A program made the translations under genes and the position numbers. Source: Trypanosoma brucei (Eukaryota). From it: a stretch of DNA of 64,000 bases. Positions within the stretch are counted from its first letter, which is position 1; each line of letters starts with the position of its first letter. Below the pieces are notes generated by a model, which did no database searches, had not been told where the DNA came from, and saw nothing but the letters and a program-made list of their open reading frames with translations. This document shows positions 45,401 through 54,665 of the stretch, one piece after another. Location: contig CH464491.1 in NCBI GenBank assembly GCA_000002445.1, positions 4,000,001 to 4,064,000 on the forward strand. Reading direction: 5' to 3'.

Positions 45401-48400
45401 CTTTCTCAGACGCCTGTACACGTTCACGCTCATTTTGTAATTCAGTACGAAGTGATTCCACCTCATGGGTGTATCGAACACGCTGTTCCTCCATAGCTAT
45501 TTCAAGAGCTAAAAGTTGTTCCCGATGCAATTTCTCCATACCTTCATGGTTCTCTTGTGCAACTTTCTCAGACGCCTGTACACGTTCACGCTCATTTTGT
45601 AATTCAGTACGAAGTGATTCCACCTCATGGGTGTATCGAACACGCTGTTCCTCCATAGCTATTTCAAGAGCTAAAAGTTGTTCCCGATGCAATTTCTCCA
45701 TACCTTCATGGTTCTCTTGTGCAACTTTCTCAGACGCCTGTACACGTTCACGCTCATTTTGTAATTCAGTACGAAGTGATTCCACCTCATGGGTGTATCG
45801 AACACGCTGTTCCTCCATAGCTATTTCAAGAGTTGAAAGTTGTTCCCGATGCAATTTCTCCATACCTTCATGGTTCTCTTGTGCAACTTTCTCAGACGCC
45901 TGTACACGTTCACGCTCATTTTGTAATTCAGTACGAAGTGATTCCACCTCATGGGTGTATCGAACACGCTGTTCCTCCATAGCTATTTCAAGAGCTAAAA
46001 GTTGTTCCCGATGCAATTTCTCCATACCTTCATGGTTCTCTTGTGCAACTTTCTCAGACGCCTGTACACGTTCACGCTCATTTTGTAATTCAGTACGAAG
46101 TGATTCCACCTCATGGGTGTATCGAACACGCTGTTCCTCCATAGCTATTTCAAGAGTTGAAAGTTGTTCCCGATGCAATTTCTCCATACCTTCATGGTTC
46201 TCTTGTGCAACTTTCTCAGACGCCTGTACACGTTCACGCTCATTTTGTAATTCAGTACGAAGTGATTCCACCTCATGGGTGTATCGAACACGCTGTTCCT
46301 CCATAGCTATTTCAAGAGCTAAAAGTTGTTCCCGATGCAATTTCTCCATACCTTCATGGTTCTCTTGTGCAACTTTCTCAGACGCCTGTACACGTTCACG
46401 CTCATTTTGTAATTCAGTACGAAGTGATTCCACCTCATGGGTGTATCGAACACGCTGTTCCTCCATAGCTATTTCAAGAGTTGAAAGTTGTTCCCGATGC
46501 AATTTCTCCATACCTTCATGGTTCTCTTGTGCAACTTTCTCAGACGCCTGTACACGTTCACGCTCATTTTGTAATTCAGTACGAAGTGATTCCACCTCAT
46601 GGGTGTATCGAACACGCTGTTCCTCCATAGCTATTTCAAGAGCTAAAAGTTGTTCCCGATGCAATTTCTCCATACCTTCATGGTTCTCTTGTGCAACTTT
46701 CTCAGACGCCTGTACACGTTCACGCTCATTTTGTAATTCAGTACGAAGTGATTCCACCTCATGGGTGTATCGAACACGCTGTTCCTCCATAGCTATTTCA
46801 AGAGCTAAAAGTTGTTCCCGATGCAATTTCTCCATACCTTCATGGTTCTCTTGTACAACTTTCTCAGACGCCTGTACACGTTCACGCTCATTTTGTAATT
46901 CAGTACGAAGTGATTCCACCTCATGGGTGTATCGAACACGCTGTTCCTCCATAGCTATTTCAAGAGCTAAAAGTTGTTCCCGATGCAATTTCTCCATACC
47001 TTCATGGTTCTCTTGTGCAACTTTCTCAGACGCCTGTACACGTTCACGCTCATTTTGTAATTCAGTACGAAGTGATTCCACCTCATGGGTGTATCGAACA
47101 CGCTGTTCCTCCATAGCTATTTCAAGAGCTAAAAGTTGTTCCCGATGCAATTTCTCCATACCTTCATGGTTCTCTTGTGCAACTTTCTCAGACGCCTGTA
47201 CACGTTCACGCTCATTTTGTAATTCAGTACGAAGTGATTCCACCTCATGGGTGTATCGAACACGCTGTTCCTCCATAGCTATTTCAAGAGCTAAAAGTTG
47301 TTCCCGATGCAATTTCTCCATACCTTCATGGTTCTCTTGTGCAACTTTCTCAGACGCCTGTACACGTTCACGCTCATTTTGTAATTCAGTACGAAGTGAT
47401 TCCACCTCATGGGTGTATCGAACACGCTGTTCCTCCATAGCTATTTCAAGAGCTAAAAGTTGTTCCCGATGCAATTTCTCCATACCTTCATGGTTCTCTT
47501 GTGCAACTTTCTCAGACGCCTGTACACGTTCACGCTCATTTTGTAATTCAGTACGAAGTGATTCCACCTCATGGGTGTATCGAACACGCTGTTCCTCCAT
47601 AGCTATTTCAAGAGCTAAAAGTTGTTCCCGATGCAATTTCTCCATACCTTCATGGTTCTCTTGTGCAACTTTCTCAGACGCCTGTACACGTTCACGCTCA
47701 TTTTGTAATTCAGTACGAAGTGATTCCACCTCATGGGTGTATCGAACACGCTGTTCCTCCATAGCTATTTCAAGAGTTGAAAGTTGTTCCCGATGCAATT
47801 TCTCCATACCTTCATGGTTCTCTTGTGCAACTTTCTCAGACGCCTGTACACGTTCACGCTCATTTTGTAATTCAGTACGAAGTGATTCCACCTCATGGGT
47901 GTATCGAACACGCTGTTCCTCCATAGCTATTTCAAGAGCTAAAAGTTGTTCCCGATGCAATTTCTCCATACCTTCATGGTTCTCTTGTGCAACTTTCTCA
48001 GACGCCTGTACACGTTCACGCTCATTTTGTAATTCAGTACGAAGTGATTCCACCTCATGGGTGTATCGAACACGCTGTTCCTCCATAGCTATTTCAAGAG
48101 CTAAAAGTTGTTCCCGATGCAATTTCTCCATACCTTCATGGTTCTCTTGTGCAACTTTCTCAGACGCCTGTACACGTTCACGCTCATTTTGTAATTCAGT
48201 ACGAAGTGATTCCACCTCATGGGTGTATCGAACACGCTGTTCCTCCATAGCTATTTCAAGAGTTGAAAGTTTTTCTTTATATTTTTTTTGTTCATTTTGT
48301 TTTTTCGTATTTAAGTTTTCAATGTGTTTATGGTGTTGCTGCTCTTTTGCCTTAATGATGTTTGAAAGTTCCTGTTCCCTTTCGCACTGTGCCGCTAATG

Positions 48401-49295
48401 TTAGTTTCATTGCTATTATTTGTTCTTGGTGGCTTGTTTGAATATCTGCGAGAGTTAGAGTGCCTTGTTTGACTTCTGCGGCTTCCGTATTTTGTATCAT
48501 GTCTCTTAGTGTTTGATGCAGTATCTTTATGTTTTCTCGTAAAGCTGCCTGTTCTTCTTTGTCTATATTATTTTCTTTTATTTTTATTTCTCGTAAACGT
48601 CGTTCGTACTCTTCTTTGGTTTTTGTCATTTCTATTTCCTTTTCTTGTAGTGTGAGTTGAGATTGTTGTAGCTGTGTTGTGGATCGTTGAAGTTTCCTTT
48701 CATGTTCGTGTAGTGCTGCCTTTAATGCACTATTTTCCTGTTGTATTCTTTCGTGTTCATTTTGCAGGATTGCCGTTAGTTGTGAATTTTCTTCATAGTT
48801 TTGAAGCTTTTGTCGGACGCTTTCTAGTTCCTTTACCGTGCTATCGCGCTCACACTTCGTTTTGTGGAATTCTTCTCGCAAGTGTTCAAGGTTAACATCT
48901 GTGTCTTTATAAGTAGTAAAACCCTGCTGCATTGTGTGCGGAGAAAGCGTGTGATCCATTGCGTCTGTCTCGCTAGGTGCTGAGCTGCCAGCGGTGCTCT
49001 CTGGAGCAAGTCCCTCTCGGCGCTTGTAATAATAAATTATGGTACGCCACAGCTTAGCGATGCGGTTTGCCGTTGCAGCTGCTTTGGGTGAGCCGTTAGG
49101 TAACGAAAGGTACGCTGTCAGTGATGTCAGCGCCATGTAAATATCGGCCATGGCTTCTGGTAAGTCATGCGCAGCGCTGCTTGTGAGTTTGTACTGTGCA
49201 TCCCTAAGCGAATTTCCAATTCGCGCTTCTATAGTCCTTCGACTGCCTTCGATATCGCTCGTGTTTTCTATTAACTGAGCGTCCTTGAAACTCAT
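42414..49295 (-). CDS. Giant repetitive protein (2293 aa): K/E-rich coiled-coil N-terminus, ~28.7 tandem 54-aa repeats, ~400-aa non-repetitive C-terminal domain
   Basis: Uninterrupted 6.9-kb ORF. Central array of 162-bp units encodes 'LEIAMEEQRVRYTHEVESLRTELQNERERVQASEKV(A/V)QENHEGMEKLHREQL(LA/ST)'. Units are >99% identical, with only 3-4 variable nucleotide positions. Confidence 0.85.
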   Translation of the reverse strand: MSFKDAQLIENTSDIEGSRRTIEARIGNSLRDAQYKLTSSAAHDLPEAMADIYMALTSLTAYLSLPNGSPKAAATANRIAKLWRTIIYYYKRREGLAPESTAGSSAPSETDAMDHTLSPHTMQQGFTTYKDTDVNLEHLREEFHKTKCERDSTVKELESVRQKLQNYEENSQLTAILQNEHERIQQENSALKAALHEHERKLQRSTTQLQQSQLTLQEKEIEMTKTKEEYERRLREIKIKENNIDKEEQAALRENIKILHQTLRDMIQNTEAAEVKQGTLTLADIQTSHQEQIIAMKLTLAAQCEREQELSNIIKAKEQQHHKHIENLNTKKQNEQKKYKEKLSTLEIAMEEQRVRYTHEVESLRTELQNERERVQASEKVAQENHEGMEKLHREQLLALEIAMEEQRVRYTHEVESLRTELQNERERVQASEKVAQENHEGMEKLHREQLLALEIAMEEQRVRYTHEVESLRTELQNERERVQASEKVAQENHEGMEKLHREQLSTLEIAMEEQRVRYTHEVESLRTELQNERERVQASEKVAQENHEGMEKLHREQLLALEIAMEEQRVRYTHEVESLRTELQNERERVQASEKVAQENHEGMEKLHREQLLALEIAMEEQRVRYTHEVESLRTELQNERERVQASEKVAQENHEGMEKLHREQLLALEIAMEEQRVRYTHEVESLRTELQNERERVQASEKVAQENHEGMEKLHREQLLALEIAMEEQRVRYTHEVESLRTELQNERERVQASEKVAQENHEGMEKLHREQLLALEIAMEEQRVRYTHEVESLRTELQNERERVQASEKVVQENHEGMEKLHREQLLALEIAMEEQRVRYTHEVESLRTELQNERERVQASEKVAQENHEGMEKLHREQLLALEIAMEEQRVRYTHEVESLRTELQNERERVQASEKVAQENHEGMEKLHREQLSTLEIAMEEQRVRYTHEVESLRTELQNERERVQASEKVAQENHEGMEKLHREQLLALEIAMEEQRVRYTHEVESLRTELQNERERVQASEKVAQENHEGMEKLHREQLSTLEIAMEEQRVRYTHEVESLRTELQNERERVQASEKVAQENHEGMEKLHREQLLALEIAMEEQRVRYTHEVESLRTELQNERERVQASEKVAQENHEGMEKLHREQLSTLEIAMEEQRVRYTHEVESLRTELQNERERVQASEKVAQENHEGMEKLHREQLLALEIAMEEQRVRYTHEVESLRTELQNERERVQASEKVAQENHEGMEKLHREQLLALEIAMEEQRVRYTHEVESLRTELQNERERVQASEKVAQENHEGMEKLHREQLLALEIAMEEQRVRYTHEVESLRTELQNERERVQASEKVAQENHEGMEKLHREQLSTLEIAMEEQRVRYTHEVESLRTELQNERERVQASEKVAQENHEGMEKLHREQLLALEIAMEEQRVRYTHEVESLRTELQNERERVQASEKVAQENHEGMEKLHREQLSTLEIAMEEQRVRYTHEVESLRTELQNERERVQASEKVAQENHEGMEKLHREQLLALEIAMEEQRVRYTHEVESLRTELQNERERVQASEKVAQENHEGMEKLHREQLLALEIAMEEQRVRYTHEVESLRTELQNERERVQASEKVAQENHEGMEKLHREQLSTLEIAMEEQRVRYTHEVESLRTELQNERERVQASEKVAQENHEGMEKLHREQLSTLEIAMEEQRVRYTHEVESLRTELQNERERVQASEKVAQENHEGMEKLHREQLLALEIAMEEQRVRYTHEVESLRTELQNERERVQASEKVVQENHEGMEKLHREQLLTLEIAMEEQRVRYTHEVESLRTELQNERERVQASEKVVQENHEGMEKLHREQLSTLEIAMEEQRVRYTHEVESLRTELQNERERVQASEMCVTRLVDIGKEQYCCEVDVDVVDMSRRLFVDDMKISFCSDEEQLVNTVFSQFSCSDRGVFSLVGCPAVSSFRRGSVAKQLRVGVRNVLDKLRSFEFDVSDAVVLSQQRMLFIQNVTKKLGIVPGAKLSVDDKFYSPVTSKSKCSAPELPFSFGPLKALCDVVGVGLQRAISFTAVWDEESRRLVEVVEALRHNILVVASLCSWYSQRFDAWGKLTGFTVAKLTVALQKLQYCLLRSLPLNVCDAPIFEACFLLVNDSRKTLCGIGQKLTATADTPLSSSCSVDGGAGIASSVLLSKYRKQQEVRPPVTLDAATLPQLPFLLSSRDGEDVSTPIKSRDNATVNGRSDEKFDGYTNPFGVTPSGCGAKFGPVEEGTTVEAAAEGRQGPFKKKQRRELRLKFIG
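43627..48270 (-). repeat. Coding tandem repeat: 162-bp unit x ~28.7 copies (54-aa protein repeat), two interspersed variant classes
   Basis: The unit beginning 'gacgcctgtacacgttcacgctcattttgtaattcagtacgaagtgattccacctcatggg...' recurs with exact 162-bp spacing from 43627 to 48163; the last copy is partial. Variants: 'agttgaaag' vs 'agctaaaag'; 'tgtgcaac' vs 'tgtacaac'; 'ctatctc' vs 'ctatttc'. Confidence 0.95.
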
Positions 49296-50112
49296 TTTCC
49301 TTTTTCTGTTTGACGGCGACGATAAGTGTAGGGGGAGGTGGCACCTTGGAGGAACCGCCGCTACGACGCTCTCCTGTCTGCTTCCCCTTCTCGGAGAAAA
49401 GAAAAACGATTACCCAGCTAAGGTGTCCGATACTATTGAGAAAAGTGGTGCAGGGTGAGTTTAAGAAGTCACTTTAAACAACAAACTGTATTGATAACAA
49501 CAACACAAATAAACTAGGATGGTGTCGCACTGGAGGTTAGTCACCGTCACTAATGTGCCAAATACAAATGCCGTAGCAGTCTACTACACTTATTAATGCT
49601 CGTTTCGTTAAGCGTGCCAAATCCATGCGATAACCCCCACCACCTCGCCGAAACAGCCCCTCAATGACCGTTATCCGCCGCTTGAAGCACCGTGGGAGAG
49701 CTCGAACAACCCTCTTCTTCGTTGCTGCTGCCTTGACGACATTCACCAGGGCGACTCTGCATCTCCTTTTGTGCGCCCAACAGAACTTGAGTAAAAGGAC
49801 TCAAGTGACTAATTACTGTGCATGTTTTTCCGGGCCCTGGCGTAGCCGCTTCTGAGGTTTGCAGTTGAGGTGGACATAATCCAAGGCGACACGCCTCCTC
49901 CTCCTTCCCACGACAATCAGAAAAGGGACTGGAAGGGGATGAAACACGTGCCCATCGTGGGGGAGAGGGTGACGACTCAAAAATACCTGCAGCGACCTCC
50001 TTAGGTCACTTAACGCAGAGATATGTGGGAGTCAGGCGACATTTCCAGCGACACCGAATAACGTCTAAATTAGCATGGTGTCTTTAATACGAAAAATGTT
50101 TACGCCCGACTG

Positions 50113-52359
50113 TTAAGACTTCGGAAAAGCCATTCCAACAAATTGCCCATCTTCTGTCCACTGTTTTTTTGTTTTCTGTGCCTCGTAGTACCTCTTCGCC
50201 TCCATCCGACGTTTGTTCAGGGACTTTAACTTCCCCTTAACATACTCCTGCTGCTTCTCTTCCACGGAGCTGCTTGGGAGTGAGACACTCGGCACCGCTG
50301 ATAGGGCAAAGCTCCGCGCCAGTCCCTCCAAGTCTAGCCGGTGAACGTTGAATATGTTTTGAAGGAGGTGACTCTGGTATGCGCCCACGTGAGCTCGGAA
50401 CGCACTTACGGAACTCTTCGCCACGATGGGATCCAACTGCAGTACGTGTTCCAACTTCATCTGGATGGGGGGGAGCTTGGCTGGCATTGGGTACTTTTCA
50501 AGTGAAATACCAAACTTTGAGAGGTAACGCACAAAGCCCGCCTCCTCAGGAGTCAGAAACAGTAACGCATTACCGACATTACCAGCGCGAGCTGTGCGCC
50601 CAATGCGATGCACGTATTCTGTGGGGTCAAGAGGGGGATCGTACTGCAGAATCCACTCCACATCCGGAATATCTAAACCGCGAGCGGCAACGTCGGTACA
50701 AAGCAGCACGCCGGTTGTCCATTCATTGAACGCTTGAAATGCCGCCACGCGCTGGCGGTGCTTCATTTGTCCATGCAGCATTATCACTTCATTATGGAAC
50801 CCAACGGATCCCAACATTTGAAAGTGAAATATAGTGCTGGCCACCGTAGAGCAGAACACCATCGCCTTCGATGTGCGGGCAACGCGCTTGACAAACGCGT
50901 ACAAGCAGAGTAAGCGTTCATGCACAGGGGTAATGTGGCAGAACTGTCGAAGAGTGTCCGGAATGGGTTTGATGTCACCTCCCGCCTCATTGCCACCAGT
51001 GTCTGACGCTCGCCCTCTTTTAAGCTGGTCATCAACATCCGGATCATCATAAGAGCAGTACGGTGGAAAGGTGGCAGATGCAGCATCAACACAACCCGCA
51101 GCTACCGCAGAATCAAAAGCTTCGGTACCTAATTGTACCGGAATCGGGGCACTGCCTGTTGTCGTGATGAAGAGTGGCTTGCGAGAAAGCGAAAGCCGGG
51201 CCAACTCCCCAATAGACTTCGAGTTAGTTGCTGAAAACAAATACGTCTGACGGGAGCGCGGCAGTCGCTGAACAATGGCATCAAGGCTTCTCTGAAAACC
51301 GTCGGCCAGCATTCGGTCTGCTTCGTCCAGAACGAGAGCGCGTAGCCGGGAGAGATCCCACCCCGAGCAATGCTGAACATGGTCATGTATACGTCCCGGC
51401 GTTCCAACCACTATGGAAACGCCTGAGTTAAGTTGCCGCCGTTCCTCTGACACTTTTGTACCCCCAGTAATGAGGTGTACGGAAAACGCAGCAATATCAC
51501 TAGAAATGTGTTGACATATCCCCCTCAGCACATCATGTGTTTGTACGCACAGCTCTTTGGTGGGGGAAAGCATTAAACTGTACGTGACATTCGGCCGCTT
51601 ACTTACGAGACCGATGATGGAATGAAGCACCGGCACACAGAAGGCTAGTGTTTTCCCTGAACCAGTCTGCGCCTGACCGAGGAGATCGTAGCCCTGAAGG
51701 GCATAGGGTATAACTCGCTCCTGAATGGGTGTCATTCGGCAAAATCCCTCCTGCTGAAGTGCTTGAACAACGTTTTCATTAACCCCAATAAGCGGGTGGT
51801 TAAATCGTGCACCAGTCTCAACCTTCTTTCGTACCCTACGAACTCTGGCTTCATCATCCAAAACTTCAGTGATGTTGCTAAGTCTCGTACCTGCCTTCGC
51901 ACCCCCAGTGTTGAAAAGGGTCTGGAAATCCTCTTCATTGTCAAAATGATGCAACAGCAACTTATCCGTCTCAGAAGCAGTGTCTTTCTGTCCTTCCCTG
52001 CTCCTTGTCTTTCGAAGATGTGTTGTGCGGCGATTGGCGTGTTCTTCTGCGAGGCGGTCGAGATACTCCGTGTCTTGCATGTTGTACAATTCTGTTTTCT
52101 TAATAAGCAACTTACCGTGAGGACCTACCGGTGGGCGAAACGGGCCACTTCCCATCACCATTACATCATCGGCGCCGGAGTCGACTTCTTCCTCCCCTTC
52201 TTCCACGTACTCGTTGTCCAATCCTGCCTTGCCATTGGCAGCTTTTGCCTCTCGCTCCCGTTGGCGCTTCCTACGACCCTTGATGCCCATTTGGTTGCGA
52301 CACCCCCGCACTTTACACACGTTTCCCTTGTGTGTTTGATATTTCAATGCGGTATGCAC
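50113..52359 (-). CDS. ATP-dependent DEAD-box RNA helicase (748 aa) with N-terminal extension and basic C-terminal tail
   Basis: Motif I 'AQTGSGKTLAF', Ia 'PTKELCVQT', 'GTPGRIHDHV', II 'VLDEADRML', III 'SAT', VI 'HRIGRTARAG'. C-terminal Lys/Arg-rich tail with a Cys-containing segment (CKVRGCRNQ). Confidence 0.9.
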   Translation of the reverse strand: MHTALKYQTHKGNVCKVRGCRNQMGIKGRRKRQREREAKAANGKAGLDNEYVEEGEEEVDSGADDVMVMGSGPFRPPVGPHGKLLIKKTELYNMQDTEYLDRLAEEHANRRTTHLRKTRSREGQKDTASETDKLLLHHFDNEEDFQTLFNTGGAKAGTRLSNITEVLDDEARVRRVRKKVETGARFNHPLIGVNENVVQALQQEGFCRMTPIQERVIPYALQGYDLLGQAQTGSGKTLAFCVPVLHSIIGLVSKRPNVTYSLMLSPTKELCVQTHDVLRGICQHISSDIAAFSVHLITGGTKVSEERRQLNSGVSIVVGTPGRIHDHVQHCSGWDLSRLRALVLDEADRMLADGFQRSLDAIVQRLPRSRQTYLFSATNSKSIGELARLSLSRKPLFITTTGSAPIPVQLGTEAFDSAVAAGCVDAASATFPPYCSYDDPDVDDQLKRGRASDTGGNEAGGDIKPIPDTLRQFCHITPVHERLLCLYAFVKRVARTSKAMVFCSTVASTIFHFQMLGSVGFHNEVIMLHGQMKHRQRVAAFQAFNEWTTGVLLCTDVAARGLDIPDVEWILQYDPPLDPTEYVHRIGRTARAGNVGNALLFLTPEEAGFVRYLSKFGISLEKYPMPAKLPPIQMKLEHVLQLDPIVAKSSVSAFRAHVGAYQSHLLQNIFNVHRLDLEGLARSFALSAVPSVSLPSSSVEEKQQEYVKGKLKSLNKRRMEAKRYYEAQKTKKQWTEDGQFVGMAFPKS

Positions 52360-52667
52360 TTTACCGCCCTACCTGCCCCAGTAGGCCTAACCTCATTATT
52401 GCGAATGTTGCAAGTGAGTGGATGGATCAAGGGAAAGAAAAATGCACGTAACAACATACAAGTAGAGGTCGTAAAGACTAAATTTATCCAATCACTAATT
52501 ACTACATCCATTTATGCGCCTGTCTGTATGGCTCTCGCGAAACAAGTATCTATGAACACCCCATGTGAAGAAATCAGCAGTATATCCACGCAACCACCAT
52601 CCACACTTCCCGTGGAAAGCACGCAATCCCTACAAGATCTCGTTGTCACACACCAACCCTAACGTAA

Positions 52668-54665
52668 TCAACAGGATGCCAGGTTGCTCCGACACGCAGT
52701 TACCGTAGCGTTTGCGTTAGAAGCGCTACGGCCACCGATATCCCTTGAAGAGCACTTGCCCTTATCATTTGCCTGGACCACGAAGAGGCGCGGATACAGT
52801 ACTCCAGTTTTCATGGCCATTCCTTTCCGCAATAACCCTGCTGACTGCTTGCGTGACCCCTCCAACACAACAGCATTCCATAGGAACCAACCTACACGAC
52901 ACTTGACAGCACATATGTCCTCCGCCGACTTGGGGAAGTAAGCGCTGCCTGCCTCAATAAAGCTTTCCGTGGTGGGGGCGTTTGAGCCACAGTCGCCACA
53001 GTCATGCAAGTTCCGAAAATGCGTGACAGTCCCCTGCTCCAATCGCTGAAGCTCCCATTGGACAGCGCTGGGGGTGCCTTGAGGGTAAACAGCATCCGTG
53101 AAGGTACACCTAACGAGAAGACGGTGGCGGAAATGGTCATGAGACCCAGCATCCTCGGCATCGTCTACTTTTTCTGACGGTTTGCTGCTGGCCACTGTGA
53201 TGTCTTTTCGCTGAACTGCGTTACCTCCCTCGTCCGTCCCACCGCCGCCATGCCCATCTCTCTGCTGTTCCTTCGGAAGTCCCTCATTGCACCTTTCTCC
53301 GCTGAGTTGATCACCGCGGTGCCACACCGTTTGTTTCTCTAGTTCGCATACCGTACGGGACAACAGCCGTTTTATTAGTTGTCCTCGCACGGGGGTCGCA
53401 CCCTTGTCTAACGTGGCGTTGATGGTTGGACTGAAGTACTCACCCCCAACAAACGCTCTCCAGATTCCGTAGGCCTCGTCCGCGGTGACTTTGTGCCAGT
53501 AAATAACGGCTGATTCTCTTTTCAGAAGAGGCGCATGCCACGGATCTTTTGTGAAGTGGAGGTCGTGCCCTTGCTTCCACGCCGCATTCCACAATGCATT
53601 GAATGTCCGTGGCCAATCACAGTAGCCACTGGCTACTGCTGGGCCGAGATGAAGACATCCTGGAGGTGAGCTGAGTGCAGGCGCAACAGGGACCTTACCA
53701 AATAGGCACTCGCAGAGCGCTTCCGCGCCCTGCTCAGTCACGCTGGGAAAGTACTCTCGGATGGTCATCTCCGGTGGTATTGGTATAGTTCGCTGAAGCA
53801 ACACATCTCCGCCATCCATAAACATCCCTCTCGGTGGAAGTTTGATAACGCTAACACCACCCTTGTCGTCCCCCCGAAGCAGCGGAGCAAAGATAGGACT
53901 TGCGCCACGATACCGCGGCAACAAAGAGGGATGCAAATTGACGGTGAATCTCAATTTCTCAAGTAGTTTGTTCGGCAGGAAGTACCGAAACGACACCACG
54001 ACTGCTACATCAAACATCTCCAGGGGTCGCCCCGCGATGTGATCGACTTGCGCCACACCGCTAATGACAGGCGTTGGCAAATGCTTGGGATGCAGCAGGT
54101 ATTCCAGTGTTTTACTTTTCGCCATAGACGTCGGGTGGTCAACAGGCACTAAGGGTATGCCGTGCTCTACACAGTATCGCGCCACGGGGTATTGACGCCT
54201 GTACTGTTTGAACACTGTGAAAGGATCGGCAGGAAGGAAGGGACAAACAACCACAAGTTGGGATTTCTCGCTACCGGTTGCCGCGCTGCACCCTTTTTCC
54301 TGAAGGGGACGAGCATCCATGATTAGCTGAAGGCGGTTGTGAAGAGCCTTCAAAGCTACTAGCGAGACAATATCACCACCGAAGAAAATGATGGAAGGGG
54401 GTTTGGACATTCCGCAAACAGTAAAAGCACAGTTCGGCGTACCCCTCGTTTTATCGCCATTGCCGGTGATCGTGACCTGCTCGACACATCCCACCATAGT
54501 GGAGGGGGCGGGTGGATCGGTGGTGCTGCTTCTCGATCGACGATTTACCAGAAAGGAAGAAATGTGGCTCCAGAAACAAGCTCTTGCCACACTATGTCCA
54601 CACCTCGATATGCACTGCCGCATGCGTGAAGGCACTGATCCGACGCCTGTTGCCGCCTTCCACAC
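52668..54665 (-). CDS. Methionyl-tRNA formyltransferase (Fmt)-like protein with long N- and C-terminal extensions (665 aa maximal ORF)
   Basis: Formyl-transferase N-terminal fold 'PPSIIFFGGDIVSLVALKALH' and active-site region 'NLHPSLLPRYRGASPIFAPLLRGDDKGGVSVIKL' (SLLPxxRGxxPI motif of Fmt / formyl_trans_N). These are followed by a Fmt C-terminal-like domain and ~250 extra residues. The first ~85 codons may be upstream of the real start (MVGCVEQ... or MSKPPS...). Confidence 0.8.
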   Translation of the reverse strand: MWKAATGVGSVPSRMRQCISRCGHSVARACFWSHISSFLVNRRSRSSTTDPPAPSTMVGCVEQVTITGNGDKTRGTPNCAFTVCGMSKPPSIIFFGGDIVSLVALKALHNRLQLIMDARPLQEKGCSAATGSEKSQLVVVCPFLPADPFTVFKQYRRQYPVARYCVEHGIPLVPVDHPTSMAKSKTLEYLLHPKHLPTPVISGVAQVDHIAGRPLEMFDVAVVVSFRYFLPNKLLEKLRFTVNLHPSLLPRYRGASPIFAPLLRGDDKGGVSVIKLPPRGMFMDGGDVLLQRTIPIPPEMTIREYFPSVTEQGAEALCECLFGKVPVAPALSSPPGCLHLGPAVASGYCDWPRTFNALWNAAWKQGHDLHFTKDPWHAPLLKRESAVIYWHKVTADEAYGIWRAFVGGEYFSPTINATLDKGATPVRGQLIKRLLSRTVCELEKQTVWHRGDQLSGERCNEGLPKEQQRDGHGGGGTDEGGNAVQRKDITVASSKPSEKVDDAEDAGSHDHFRHRLLVRCTFTDAVYPQGTPSAVQWELQRLEQGTVTHFRNLHDCGDCGSNAPTTESFIEAGSAYFPKSAEDICAVKCRVGWFLWNAVVLEGSRKQSAGLLRKGMAMKTGVLYPRLFVVQANDKGKCSSRDIGGRSASNANATVTACRSNLASC

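Noticed and set aside
43627-48270. CRISPR-like interpretation of the perfectly periodic arrays at 43.6-48.3 kb and 56.5-57.3 kb
   Set aside because: The units are directly abutting with no unique spacers, lie in frame inside long ORFs, and the context is eukaryotic (kinetoplastid) coding sequence. They are protein-coding tandem repeats, not CRISPR.
43687-48441. 1584-aa plus-strand ORF (repeats 'WVYRTRCSSIAISRVESCSRCNFSIPSWFSC...') and the nested ORF 44861..45172
   Set aside because: It is the reverse-strand reading of the 162-bp tandem array. A periodic repeat with no stop in one frame gives open frames on both strands. The Cys/Ser-rich product is implausible, whereas the minus-strand product is a coherent charged helical repeat continuous with unique N- and C-terminal domains.
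51763-52662. 299-aa plus-strand ORF spanning the helicase 5' region and the helicase-Fmt spacer
   Set aside because: It overlaps a strongly supported DEAD-box CDS on the opposite strand, has no motifs, and is Cys/Leu-rich and low in complexity in the spacer-derived part. Most likely a chance ORF.
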